A stretch of DNA of 64,000 nucleotides from a virus (lineage: Duplodnaviria > Caudoviricetes), in IMG/VR virus record IMGVR_UViG_3300047359_001782, positions 1 through 64,000 of that record; one strand, written 5' to 3'. The notes beneath the pieces are model-generated. The model did not search any database, had not been told where the DNA came from, and saw only the letters and a list, made by a program, of their open reading frames with translations. Made by a program: the position numbers and the translations under genes. This document shows, in pieces, positions 45,774 through 55,855 of this stretch; position 1 is the stretch's first letter; every line of letters begins with the position of its first letter.

Positions 45774-46760
45774 GTGGAAACCACAAGGCGCAGAAGAGTA
45801 TTTAGGGATGTAGTCAGAGGTTATTCCACTACAGTTCTAGACGACAAAGTCGTATACATTAAGCATCTTACTCCTCATGATCAGGTAGAGCTTGAGGAAA
45901 TAGAGGAACGTTATTTCGAATCTGCGAAGAAGAGAGGTGTCCCAACCGAACAGGATATGCTTGACTATCTAAAGGAAGAGGGGCAATGGACGGAAGAGGA
46001 TGAAAGAATTATCACTGAAAAAACTTTATATGTTGAAAACTTAAAAACAACATTAACTAAATTAGTTTTAAAAGCTGAAATTGATCAACAGAAAAAGGTA
46101 ATTGAAGAAGAAAGCTCTATTCTTACTCGCAAACAAAACGAAAAAATTAATTTAATTGGCAATACTTGCGAAAGATATGCAAAAGAAAGATTAAATGATT
46201 TTTATATGATTTATTCTTTTTATAAAGATGAAGATATGAGTTGTAAGTTGTTTAGTGAGAACGAGTTTGATGAATTAGAAAACGAAGATATAAAGCTTGT
46301 TATAAATAAATATAATCAAGTATTCGAAGGATTCTCAGAAGAAAATATACAATATACTGTTCTTGAAGATTTTTATAATCCTTATCTTAGTTTTGCTGAG
46401 GACAGTCTTCAATTTTACGGAAAACCATTTTGTGAGTTAACATATAATCAAATAAGATTAATCGTTTATACTAGAGTATTTAAAAATATATTTGACACAA
46501 ATGAAAATATACCAGAAAAAATAAGAAAAGATCCTGCGAAACTTTTAGAATTTGGTAGTAGCTCAAGAGAAGAAAGAGAAAAAATAAAAGATAAAGTGAC
46601 GAGCGGGGACGGAGGTACTATTGTTGGGGCCAAAAAAGAAGATTATGATCGATTGGGAATAGAAAGACCTACTGGCAGCGTTAATTTACATGAAGAAGCC
46701 AAAAAGAAAGGTGGTAGCCTTAACATGGAGGATTTAATGAAATTGCACGGAGTCGTTTAA
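45774..46760 (+). CDS. putative tail assembly chaperone 2, paralog of the preceding gene
   Basis: Directly upstream of the tape measure gene; GTG start in the same frame as the preceding ORF. Confidence 0.45.
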   Translation: METTRRRRVFRDVVRGYSTTVLDDKVVYIKHLTPHDQVELEEIEERYFESAKKRGVPTEQDMLDYLKEEGQWTEEDERIITEKTLYVENLKTTLTKLVLKAEIDQQKKVIEEESSILTRKQNEKINLIGNTCERYAKERLNDFYMIYSFYKDEDMSCKLFSENEFDELENEDIKLVINKYNQVFEGFSEENIQYTVLEDFYNPYLSFAEDSLQFYGKPFCELTYNQIRLIVYTRVFKNIFDTNENIPEKIRKDPAKLLEFGSSSREEREKIKDKVTSGDGGTIVGAKKEDYDRLGIERPTGSVNLHEEAKKKGGSLNMEDLMKLHGVV

Positions 46761-46800
46761 TTTTTAGTGTATAGATACCTTATCTAAGGAATAAGGAAAA

Positions 46801-49800
46801 ATGGCTATTAATCTTGACGTACACGGTAATACACAACCTCTTGAGGCAGCGGTTCAAGCTGCAGTAAATAGAATTCGCAGAACGCCAATTAAAATAACTG
46901 TTGACGATAAGGGTGCGACGCAGCCCTTAGGCAACATGAAACGGGGCGCTGACGAATTTACAAAGTCAATGGAAGCGGCAAATGCTCGTATTATAGCATT
47001 CGGCGCCTCTATGGCAATTATAAATGGCGTAGCAGATTCTTTTAAGGCCATGGTTAGAAATATGGTTGAGGTTGAAAAATCTCTTGCAGATATTAATGTT
47101 GTTATGGGCTTGAATGCTCAGAGCCTTGAAAAGTTCAGCGATGGATTGTTTAAAGTCGCGAAAGAAACGGGAGCGGCATTTAAAATAGCCGCCGATGCAG
47201 CAACAGAATATGCTCGTCAAGGCCTCAACGTAGAGGAATCTCTTAAAAGAACCAAAGACGCTCTTATTCTTACTCGATTAACAGGAATGGATTCTGCAGA
47301 GGCAGTAAAGTCTTTGACTGCCGCCATGAATACTTACGGGCATCAAATAAAGGATACTACTCAATTGGTGAGTAAGTTTGCTGCGGTAGATGTAAAGTTT
47401 GCTGTTAGTGCAGAAGATTTTGCTGACGCTATTTCCAGAACTGGTGCTGCAGCAAAAGGAGCTGGCGTGGATATTGATGAATTAATAGGCTTGGTTACCG
47501 CTGCTCAACAACAAACTGCTCGAGGCGGAAAGGTTATTGGTAACTCGTTTAAAACAATTTTTACTCGTATCGGAAGGACAGATACATTAAATCAATTGGA
47601 AAATCTTGGAATTGCTGTTAGAGATATTGAAGGAAGAACTCTTGGAGCAAAGCGAATACTTAGTGATTTAGCAAATACATTTGATACATTATCTGAAGCT
47701 CAAAAGGCTCAAATAGCTCAAACTGTTGGTGGAGTTTTCCAAATCAACGTTTTAAAGGCTGTTCTTGGTGACGCCGCAAAACAAAATGGTATTCTTGCAA
47801 ATGCCACGCAAATATCTGCAAACGCAACAGACGAGGCTATAACAAAAAATGAACAATTAAGAAACACAATGGCCGCAATGGCCACAGAAACAGGTCTCGC
47901 AATAAAACAAGTTAGCGCTCAAGCGGGCGAAATAGCATTAGGTCCTGGAATAGAAAAAGTGCTTAATACAGTTAAGGCTATCGCTGAAAATATAAGTGGT
48001 TCATTGGGTGATGGAGAAGGCGCTGGAAATGAATTCGCTAAAGGTTTATTAAGAGGTATTGGCAATGTTATTACGGGTCCTGGATTAGTAGTTTTAACGA
48101 CGGTATTTATAAAGTTATTTGGTCAAGCATTTAAGTTTACCAAAGACAGCTTAGGATCTCTAATTGGCATAACCAATGAAGCTCAAAAACAAAAAGCCAT
48201 TCAAACATCGATTGTTACTTTATTTGGGCAAAACGCCGCGTTAAGTAAGGAAATGTTGCGCACAGATATAAGCAGGACAGAAAAAGAAAAAATAATTTTA
48301 AGTTTACTTAAAGCTCAAGTTGCTGAAGCTAATGTTTTAAATAACGTAAGTAAGCAGGCCGCTGCAACTTTATATACTAAAGGATATGGGGCAAACTTAA
48401 CCCCAAGAAAAGGTCGCGCCTACGGCCATATTCCTAATTTCGCTCATCCAGAGAGAGAGCAAGCTGCCAAAGGTGGATATTCTGCAGGAAATATTCGAGA
48501 AATGAATATGCCTGGAGAGGGCCCAATTATTTACAATAGCTCTGAGACAGTTAAGAATTTTAAGGGAATGAATCAGCCTGCAATTATGCCTCCTCAATCA
48601 AGCAAAGCTGGAAAAAACTATCAACAAGCATTTGGGGATATACATGGATTTGATCCGTATGCTGCAGGGGGATATATACCGAATTTTGCGAAAAAAACTG
48701 CGGCCGAATATTTAGAGAATGCAAGAAATGCAAAAACAACCGCTAATTTAACAAACATTGTTAAGGGGCGGCAAATAGGAGGGGTGACATTCTCCCCCGA
48801 ACAACAAGCTGCTGCAGCTGCAGCTTTACGAGAAAGATCTGCAGCAATAAAAACCGTATCAACCTCTAGTCAATTAAAAGCAAAAGATAATGATGTTATC
48901 AGTCAGATATATAATAAAAGTGGTAAAATGGTTTTGTTTGCCGCATCCGCCCAAGGGGGAGGTTCTTATGCTGGAGACAGAAAGAAAAACATTATTTATT
49001 TAAATCCCAATCCAACAAAAGGAGGTTCGAAGTTTAGCACAACCAATAAAACGGGTATGGTACCCGTGAATGTTCCATATTTTACTATTGGTAAAAACGA
49101 TGAAGAACGAGCTAAGAACGATCCTAAAATTAAAAATAAGATCGAGGGGGACTTGGTCAATCAGGCGCAAAAAACCACAAATCATTTAGTAAGCACAATA
49201 TTCAAAGAGGAGTCTATACCTAATGTAATAAAACCTGGTGACGTTGCTGTTACAGTTGGTAATGTTTTTGAAAAAATTCTTATGTCTGTGCAAAAGGGGG
49301 TTGCAAAGGAAGCTTATGATGCAGACCCTCCAGGTAATGCTTTATTGGATATTCCTAGAGGCGGTAGAGATGCACTGTGGAATTTGTTTGGCGCGACTCC
49401 GCTTGGAAGTCTTGGCGCGGAAGCTAAAATAGCCCTAGGAAGTGACGGCGACGCTGCGCACCTTAAATCTGCTGCAGAAAAATTTTACAAGATCGATAGT
49501 TATAAGGGCCCAGGAGGCAAAAAAGCCAAAGCATTTGCTCCAGCAGGACAAGCCCAAGTAAAAAGAGGTGGAACTAAAGCTTCAGGCCACATCCCTAATT
49601 TCGCAAAAGTAAAATGGTCCATTGATAAAAAGAAAGGTCAATATGGATTGACCGGGTCTCATATGGAATTAATGCAATTCGTGGATTACCTTGAAAGAGC
49701 TGGCGTCGAACCTAAGAAACTAGAAGTTTTAAAAACAAGAATTAAGAAAATCCAATCAAACATAGGCAAAAAACGAACAGAATTTAAGCAAAATAATGTT

Positions 49801-52800
49801 CCAGGTTTTGGCAGGTCTGGAGCAAGGTATTACGACCAACTTAAGGCTATCAGTCAAGGTAGCTATCTTGATACAAAAGGAACTTTCATAAAAGACCTTG
49901 GTAAGTATGTTAAAGATTTTAATCGAGGTGGAGGTATGTTTGCTGCTGGTCTAAATGCAGGCAAAGGTTTTATACCTAACTTTGCAGCAGATCCCTTAAC
50001 TGATGCAATAGGCAGAGAGCGCGACGCAGGAATTCCTGTTTCTCAAATCAGGGTAGGAACGCATCCAGCCTTAATGAATAAAGGTAATCCAATTGGTCTT
50101 GGCGTAACAAATACAAAAGATGAGCCGAATGGTTTACGTGATGTGTTTGGTTCGGCTAATGGATTTGTGCCGAATTATGCTTCTGAAGATTATTTTAAAA
50201 CAAAAGATATAGATGATTCTTCTTTAAACAGGAAAGCAAGAAATGAGTTAATGCTAAAAGTAAATAAAGAGCTCAAAAAAGAATTAAGTCAACTACCAAA
50301 AGGTAGAAGAGCTGCAGAAAATGTAGCATCGATAATGGAAAAACTTACTGGAAAATACAAGCTTAATGAGCAGGCCGTAACTCGAGTTTCTCAGTCACTT
50401 TCGTCATCTAAAGGGTATATTGATAAATTAAATGTTCGTAGACAACAATTATCTTCTGCGTATCAAAAAAGTATGCTTGGAAAAGTTAGTTCTTCAGCAG
50501 GTAAAATGTTTGGCGGTGGAGTAGGGATGACAGCAATGATTGGAGCTCCAATGGCAGCAGGATTTTTGCAATCAGAAGGCGCTGGACAAACAGGTGCGGG
50601 GAGCGCTATGTATGCAGCAGGTGGCGCTTTACAAGGTGCAGCGTCAGGGGGTATGATGGCGAGCATGATTGCACCGTTTTTTGGGCCTGCAGCTCCTTTA
50701 GTTATTGGGGTTGGAGGTTTAATGGGAGCAGTAAGCGGTATGATGTCTGCAAGTGAAGCAAATACAGAGGCTCTAAAAGAAAACGCTCGACAAGAAAATA
50801 TTAGAATAAGAAATATGGCGACAACGTCAAGCTCTGTACTTGCTGAAAACATAGATCCGAATTTAAAATTATCCGAAACTGAAATGACCGGCACTTATTT
50901 CAAACAAAATCAAGAAAAACTTGGGGACATCGGAATTTTAGAAGCTCTAAAAACTTTTGGGCTTGGAGATCTAACTAACGTTTCTAAAGATAATAGTTAT
51001 GCGAAAAAGCTTGAGGAATCTATGGCTAGAATTGAAAAATTTACAGGTGAAAGCCCAGTTTCGGCCAGAAGGAGTGGGGGATTGGGAAAATTTCAAAGAG
51101 ATTTGTTGATTCAAGGTATGAAGGGTAGAGAAAAAGAGGTAATTACTGACTCCTCGATTATAGAATCTTTTGGCTTCGAAGGTAAGGATGAAGTTCTCGG
51201 CGAGGATTTGATTAAAAAAATAAAATCTACGCAGGGCGGCACTGGATCCGAAGGAGAGAAGAGGATAAATGCGATGATGTTTGGTTTAGTTAAGATACTC
51301 AATGAAAGAGTTAAGTCTCAAAAAAAGATTGCGAACGGCTTAATTCTTCAACTCAATCTTCAGAAAGCCATGATTCACGCTCAGCAAAAAAGCGCCGAAG
51401 CTCAATTGGATATTAAAGCTGAGTACATTGATATGTCGAATTCATTAAAGACCGAAAAACAGTTAATGGGTAGTTTAATAAGCGAAGAAAGGAAAGCTCG
51501 TATAGATTTTATTGGGGCTATTAATAAAGCTGAAGAGGCTTATGAGTTGGGAACAAATCAAGCCAAATCTGAATTTAAAAAAGGACTCATAAGTGATGTT
51601 TCTTCCGGGCAAAACGCTGGTTTAACACAGGCTTTAAAGCAAAAGCTTTTTAAAGATTTGAATGAGGCAGCTTTAGAAGATAAAACAACAGTAGATCTTA
51701 CTAACGAATTAAACAGTAAAAGCGCTGAAGATTTATTACAAATATTAAAAGATATTGGAGTTAATGAGGACCAAGCAAATAAAATAGTAGAAAATAGAAG
51801 CCTTTTATATCAAAATCAAATTACATTATTAGGTAAACAAAAAACAATCTCAGACTCTCAAGCTAATTCAGAGTTAACAATAAATAATATACTTGGCAAA
51901 AGAAGAGAGTTGCTTGAAGATATGAATCAGAGTATTCAAAACTTTAATAGAAACTCTAGTTTTCTTTCTGAAAGTTCTGCTCTTGATAAAAGAATAGCGG
52001 ATGCAGGTAGGTCTGTAGGGGGATATACCTCAAAGCAAAAACAGTTGCAAATCGATAGATCTGATTTAGAAAGTAGAATCGTTCCTGGTATGGTGCGAAA
52101 AAGTTCAGGCGCTAAATTAGGAATATTACAACAAGCCTCGAAGGATCTTGAGATTGGCGGATTTACGGACGAAGAAATTGATAAAATATTGAAAATGGAA
52201 GGCAAAGAAGTTGATATAAGTTCGATATTAGAATCACGATTCAAGGACGCTGGCGGAAAAAATGAAATAACTAATTTGCAAGATGTACTGGGAGGATACG
52301 GTAAAGATTTGTTGAGCGATGAAGAGTTTCAACAAACTGTTGGGGGTGGAGAGACTCGCCAAGAGATGAAGCAACGCCTTGAAGAATTAAAAATTTTAGA
52401 TCAACAAAGATTAGGAGTAAACGAAGACTTAAATAAAGAAATAAAAAACATAAACGATAGCCTTATTCAACAAAATATATTAAAAGAAAAGGGCGTTCAG
52501 GCTGTAGAGAGCGAATTATCTGCTAGGGAGAAAAATGATAGGTATATGCGCGGGCAGTCTGTTACTATCGATGGACAGGTTGATGATAGGTCTGCAATAA
52601 CTAGAGGTATGTCTAATTCATTTGCCGAAATGAGAGATCAAGCTCAATATATGCATTATGAAATAGGCAAAAGAGTTCCTAATTTATTGGCTGATGGATT
52701 AGCTGAAGCTATGCAAGTAGCTTTAAATGGCGCAGATGATCTTGGTGATGCAATGACTCAAATAGGAATAAATTTTTTGCAATCTATACAGTCTGCATTT

Positions 52801-54975
52801 TTACAGCAAGCCGCTCAAGGTATTGTTGGAATGATGGGTTTTAATGCCACTAATAGATATAATGGTGGACCTATAAGGAATTACTCCAAAGGCGGATCTG
52901 TTCCCGCTATGGTTTCCGATGGAGAATACCTTATGAGTAAAGAAGCTGTTAATAGGTACGGCGGAAGCTTTATGCATACTTTAAATTCTGGCGGTAAAAT
53001 ACCTAAATACGCTAATGGAGGATGGGTTGACTCAGGCTTGAGTGGCGCTTTTGCATCTACCCCATCTACTTCATCTCCTCTATCACCTCCTTCCACGTCT
53101 TTCGATAATTTCTTCGCTCCTCAACCAGAGTTTAGCGTTCTCCCTCCAAAGAGTTTTAAGCAAAAAATGATGGGCTTTATAAATGATGATGACAATATGA
53201 AATTGTTTGAGCAGGAGTATCAAAAAGCTCAAGCTGAAGCTTTTGCTCCAAGCACTGCTCTTGCAGATGTGTTTAGTAATCCTCCTGCGTCGCCTATATT
53301 TACCGAACCTCCTTCAGAGTTTAGCGTTCTTCCTCCAAGAAGCTTCAAAAATAAAATGATGGACTTTCTTGGTGACTCAGATAATATGAAATTGTTTGAA
53401 GACCAGTATGGTTTAGCTCAAAAGAAGGCTGCTGGAATAGAAGCGTTTTCTTTAAAAAACCAACCTAGCCCCCAACAAAAAATGGAGAAAGCAACTTCCC
53501 CATTCAACTGGAAACAGAATAGCGATGGAACTGTTGATTTTGGATCAACACCATTCGAAACTCCTTTGAGAAGGTCAACTACCGTTAGTGATATAGATGG
53601 AACTGGAAACACTAAAAAAGGTAATTGGGATCCATTTGCTTTAATTGACCCTAATAAAATCCAAGGGCCACCTGCAGTAGATCAAAGCGCAGACATTCTT
53701 AAGCTCGTAGAAAAGCAATTGGTAAAAGAAAGATCTCAAGAAGTACGGCAAAAGGGTGCTAATATATCTCAAATAAGGAAGAAATACGATTACCTTTTAA
53801 ATAGTCTAAGAAATAAAGATGAAAATGTTTTTGATTACGGCAAAACACAGGATGAGACTTTTTCGGATTTAATATATTCTACTGAGAATGGTAAATTCAG
53901 GGGTTGGGATACTTCTGCATATGGCCCGACCCCAAAAAAGAAAGTTCGATATACAAACTCGCTAGATAAATGGTTGCGGGGGTATATTCACGAAAAAAGA
54001 AATCCGCCTTTTAATAAGAGGGGCTTTTCTAAAGGAGGAAGAGTTCAGAATTTCGCAGAAGGAGGGGATGTTGAAAAGCTTATTCCAGAAGAAGGGTCTG
54101 CGTTAGCTGAAAACTTTGGAGGAGGAAGAGCGTTTGAGTCAGGGAGAGCCTATCAGTCTAAGGCTATGAGCGGATATTTTTACAGTGGATTAGCTGGCAA
54201 TGTCGGAATAGAAGATGACGCTTCAAAGCTTAGAGAAGTTCTTGCGGAAGAAGAGCGTCAGCGACAAAAAGCTTTAATGAAAAAAAGGAAAAAGAAGCAG
54301 TTTTGGCAAAGTTTAGCGGGAACGGCTTTAAGCGCTGGAATAGCTTGGGGAACTAAAAATCTTGGCGATATGTTTCAAAAACCAGATGCAACGTTAGATC
54401 TGTCTAGAGAAGCAATACTGAACGCGCCTAGCGAGTCTTTTAATACGGGTTTAGGAGATAGTTTTGGCTCTTTTGATAATATTAGTAGTCTAAGTAGCTC
54501 TTCTCTTGCCAATCAGTATGATTATTTTGGCAGGCCTAAAATAGGTAGAAACAGTGGAGGTTTTATTAGAAAATACGCGGGGGGTGGGTATATTTCAGGT
54601 AAATCTGGTATAGATCAAATTCCGGCAATGCTAAGTGAGGGTGAATATGTTATTAAGGCAAGTAGCGCAAGAAAATTAGGAAAGTCAACTCTTGACAGTA
54701 TTAATGCTGGTAAATTTAATGATGGCGGACCTGTATCAGGGGAGTTTGGTTCATCCGATAGTAATATTTCTGGGGGTAATACTAATAATATTAATATTTC
54801 AATAAATATGGAGCGAGGTAAAGCTTCTAGCGAAAGCGAACAAAAATCAGGTCAAAATCCAGCAGAACAATCAGAAGAGCAAAGCAGTAATGTCGCTCTA
54901 GCAGATAAAATTAAACAGCAAGTAGTTTCAGTTATAGTTGAAGAACAAAGGCCTGGCGGTTTATTAAGCGGTTAA
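46801..54975 (+). CDS. tail tape measure protein (TP901-type N-terminal domain), 2724 aa
   Basis: A.EYARQG, L....GMD..EA, AVSAEDFA.AI.R.G, G..IGNSFKTIFTRI; C-terminal VPAM.S.GEY motifs; upstream of the tip genes. Confidence 0.92.
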   Translation: MAINLDVHGNTQPLEAAVQAAVNRIRRTPIKITVDDKGATQPLGNMKRGADEFTKSMEAANARIIAFGASMAIINGVADSFKAMVRNMVEVEKSLADINVVMGLNAQSLEKFSDGLFKVAKETGAAFKIAADAATEYARQGLNVEESLKRTKDALILTRLTGMDSAEAVKSLTAAMNTYGHQIKDTTQLVSKFAAVDVKFAVSAEDFADAISRTGAAAKGAGVDIDELIGLVTAAQQQTARGGKVIGNSFKTIFTRIGRTDTLNQLENLGIAVRDIEGRTLGAKRILSDLANTFDTLSEAQKAQIAQTVGGVFQINVLKAVLGDAAKQNGILANATQISANATDEAITKNEQLRNTMAAMATETGLAIKQVSAQAGEIALGPGIEKVLNTVKAIAENISGSLGDGEGAGNEFAKGLLRGIGNVITGPGLVVLTTVFIKLFGQAFKFTKDSLGSLIGITNEAQKQKAIQTSIVTLFGQNAALSKEMLRTDISRTEKEKIILSLLKAQVAEANVLNNVSKQAAATLYTKGYGANLTPRKGRAYGHIPNFAHPEREQAAKGGYSAGNIREMNMPGEGPIIYNSSETVKNFKGMNQPAIMPPQSSKAGKNYQQAFGDIHGFDPYAAGGYIPNFAKKTAAEYLENARNAKTTANLTNIVKGRQIGGVTFSPEQQAAAAAALRERSAAIKTVSTSSQLKAKDNDVISQIYNKSGKMVLFAASAQGGGSYAGDRKKNIIYLNPNPTKGGSKFSTTNKTGMVPVNVPYFTIGKNDEERAKNDPKIKNKIEGDLVNQAQKTTNHLVSTIFKEESIPNVIKPGDVAVTVGNVFEKILMSVQKGVAKEAYDADPPGNALLDIPRGGRDALWNLFGATPLGSLGAEAKIALGSDGDAAHLKSAAEKFYKIDSYKGPGGKKAKAFAPAGQAQVKRGGTKASGHIPNFAKVKWSIDKKKGQYGLTGSHMELMQFVDYLERAGVEPKKLEVLKTRIKKIQSNIGKKRTEFKQNNVPGFGRSGARYYDQLKAISQGSYLDTKGTFIKDLGKYVKDFNRGGGMFAAGLNAGKGFIPNFAADPLTDAIGRERDAGIPVSQIRVGTHPALMNKGNPIGLGVTNTKDEPNGLRDVFGSANGFVPNYASEDYFKTKDIDDSSLNRKARNELMLKVNKELKKELSQLPKGRRAAENVASIMEKLTGKYKLNEQAVTRVSQSLSSSKGYIDKLNVRRQQLSSAYQKSMLGKVSSSAGKMFGGGVGMTAMIGAPMAAGFLQSEGAGQTGAGSAMYAAGGALQGAASGGMMASMIAPFFGPAAPLVIGVGGLMGAVSGMMSASEANTEALKENARQENIRIRNMATTSSSVLAENIDPNLKLSETEMTGTYFKQNQEKLGDIGILEALKTFGLGDLTNVSKDNSYAKKLEESMARIEKFTGESPVSARRSGGLGKFQRDLLIQGMKGREKEVITDSSIIESFGFEGKDEVLGEDLIKKIKSTQGGTGSEGEKRINAMMFGLVKILNERVKSQKKIANGLILQLNLQKAMIHAQQKSAEAQLDIKAEYIDMSNSLKTEKQLMGSLISEERKARIDFIGAINKAEEAYELGTNQAKSEFKKGLISDVSSGQNAGLTQALKQKLFKDLNEAALEDKTTVDLTNELNSKSAEDLLQILKDIGVNEDQANKIVENRSLLYQNQITLLGKQKTISDSQANSELTINNILGKRRELLEDMNQSIQNFNRNSSFLSESSALDKRIADAGRSVGGYTSKQKQLQIDRSDLESRIVPGMVRKSSGAKLGILQQASKDLEIGGFTDEEIDKILKMEGKEVDISSILESRFKDAGGKNEITNLQDVLGGYGKDLLSDEEFQQTVGGGETRQEMKQRLEELKILDQQRLGVNEDLNKEIKNINDSLIQQNILKEKGVQAVESELSAREKNDRYMRGQSVTIDGQVDDRSAITRGMSNSFAEMRDQAQYMHYEIGKRVPNLLADGLAEAMQVALNGADDLGDAMTQIGINFLQSIQSAFLQQAAQGIVGMMGFNATNRYNGGPIRNYSKGGSVPAMVSDGEYLMSKEAVNRYGGSFMHTLNSGGKIPKYANGGWVDSGLSGAFASTPSTSSPLSPPSTSFDNFFAPQPEFSVLPPKSFKQKMMGFINDDDNMKLFEQEYQKAQAEAFAPSTALADVFSNPPASPIFTEPPSEFSVLPPRSFKNKMMDFLGDSDNMKLFEDQYGLAQKKAAGIEAFSLKNQPSPQQKMEKATSPFNWKQNSDGTVDFGSTPFETPLRRSTTVSDIDGTGNTKKGNWDPFALIDPNKIQGPPAVDQSADILKLVEKQLVKERSQEVRQKGANISQIRKKYDYLLNSLRNKDENVFDYGKTQDETFSDLIYSTENGKFRGWDTSAYGPTPKKKVRYTNSLDKWLRGYIHEKRNPPFNKRGFSKGGRVQNFAEGGDVEKLIPEEGSALAENFGGGRAFESGRAYQSKAMSGYFYSGLAGNVGIEDDASKLREVLAEEERQRQKALMKKRKKKQFWQSLAGTALSAGIAWGTKNLGDMFQKPDATLDLSREAILNAPSESFNTGLGDSFGSFDNISSLSSSSLANQYDYFGRPKIGRNSGGFIRKYAGGGYISGKSGIDQIPAMLSEGEYVIKASSARKLGKSTLDSINAGKFNDGGPVSGEFGSSDSNISGGNTNNINISINMERGKASSESEQKSGQNPAEQSEEQSSNVALADKIKQQVVSVIVEEQRPGGLLSG
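53128..53421 (+). repeat. imperfect direct repeat with 189-bp period inside the tape measure gene
   Basis: EFSVLPPKSFKQKMMGFINDDDNMKLFEQEY vs EFSVLPPRSFKNKMMDFLGDSDNMKLFEDQY; GAGTTTAGCGTTCT identical in both copies. Confidence 0.85.
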
Positions 54976-54976
54976 T

Positions 54977-55855
54977 ATGAGTTATTCTAATTACGAGCAA
55001 ACTGTAATTATAAATGGTTACGAATTATTAGGTGTTCAGTCCGTAGATGGCAGTTATGGAATTAGCGAGAAACCAATTAGGGTTGCTGGCGTAGGATTCA
55101 TTGACGCATTAATTGATTCACCTTTGCAAGGCAACTTTTCTATAGGTAGAAAAATGGTTGGCTACGATCCTTTGTTAGAGAAAAATATATATGGTAAATA
55201 TAAATTTGATGAAGAAGAGATTAACGGTTCAATACTATACGAAAATAATACAAAGGGCTTTGGCTTTACAAAAGGAAGAGTTTCAAGATATTCTGTAAAC
55301 TGTTCAGTTGGTGAAATTCCTGATATTCAAACTGATATTATAGTTTATGGGCAGCTCGGAAAGGATGTGTCTATGAGTCCGGCAACAAAAGAAAATAAAA
55401 ATATAAAATATCCGGATCAGTCAACAATAAGGGTTACTATTAGCGATTTTTCAATCGATGCAGTTAGTTCTTTTGCTTACAGTAGAGGAATAAATGTAAA
55501 TGCTGTATATGGTTTGCCTAAGGGTAATTCTTCTGACTGGGAAAACTCTCAAGCTTCCGTTAAAAACTTAGAGCCAATTCAGATCGACACTCAATACCCT
55601 ATTGAAACAGATGTCAATGTATCTATTATTGCTGATCAATATGAAATTAGAGAAATAAAAGATAGAATTCAAGCTGCTCCGAAAAGCGATGTTAAAATAG
55701 AAATTTTAGATTCTTACGCTCAAACTGATATTAATACATTTGAGATTGAGAATGCTCGATTAATTAGCGAAGCAATTAATAGTACTGTTGCAGAGGAAAT
55801 GAATATTTCTCTAGCCTACAAAGGTTATGAAACCTACCACAATCCTTTAGTATGA
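54977..55855 (+). CDS. tail-tube-like tail tip protein
   Basis: GVQSV..SY, SRYSVNCSVG, FEIENARL.SE resemble 41310..42584. Confidence 0.5.
   Translation: MSYSNYEQTVIINGYELLGVQSVDGSYGISEKPIRVAGVGFIDALIDSPLQGNFSIGRKMVGYDPLLEKNIYGKYKFDEEEINGSILYENNTKGFGFTKGRVSRYSVNCSVGEIPDIQTDIIVYGQLGKDVSMSPATKENKNIKYPDQSTIRVTISDFSIDAVSSFAYSRGINVNAVYGLPKGNSSDWENSQASVKNLEPIQIDTQYPIETDVNVSIIADQYEIREIKDRIQAAPKSDVKIEILDSYAQTDINTFEIENARLISEAINSTVAEEMNISLAYKGYETYHNPLV

Noticed and set aside
45700-45800. Programmed -1 frameshift for a G/GT chaperone
   Set aside because: No X XXY YYZ slippery site seen near the end of the first ORF, and the two ORFs are already in frame
53128-53421. Repeat pair as a diversity-generating retroelement TR/VR
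   Set aside because: Differences are not adenine-specific, both copies are in one reading frame, and no reverse transcriptase is in the window
46854-53612. Numerous short antisense ORFs within the tape measure gene, and similar shadow ORFs over rIIA, guaC and the glycosyltransferases
   Set aside because: They are fully nested in long motif-supported genes, with no promoter motif or recognisable domain
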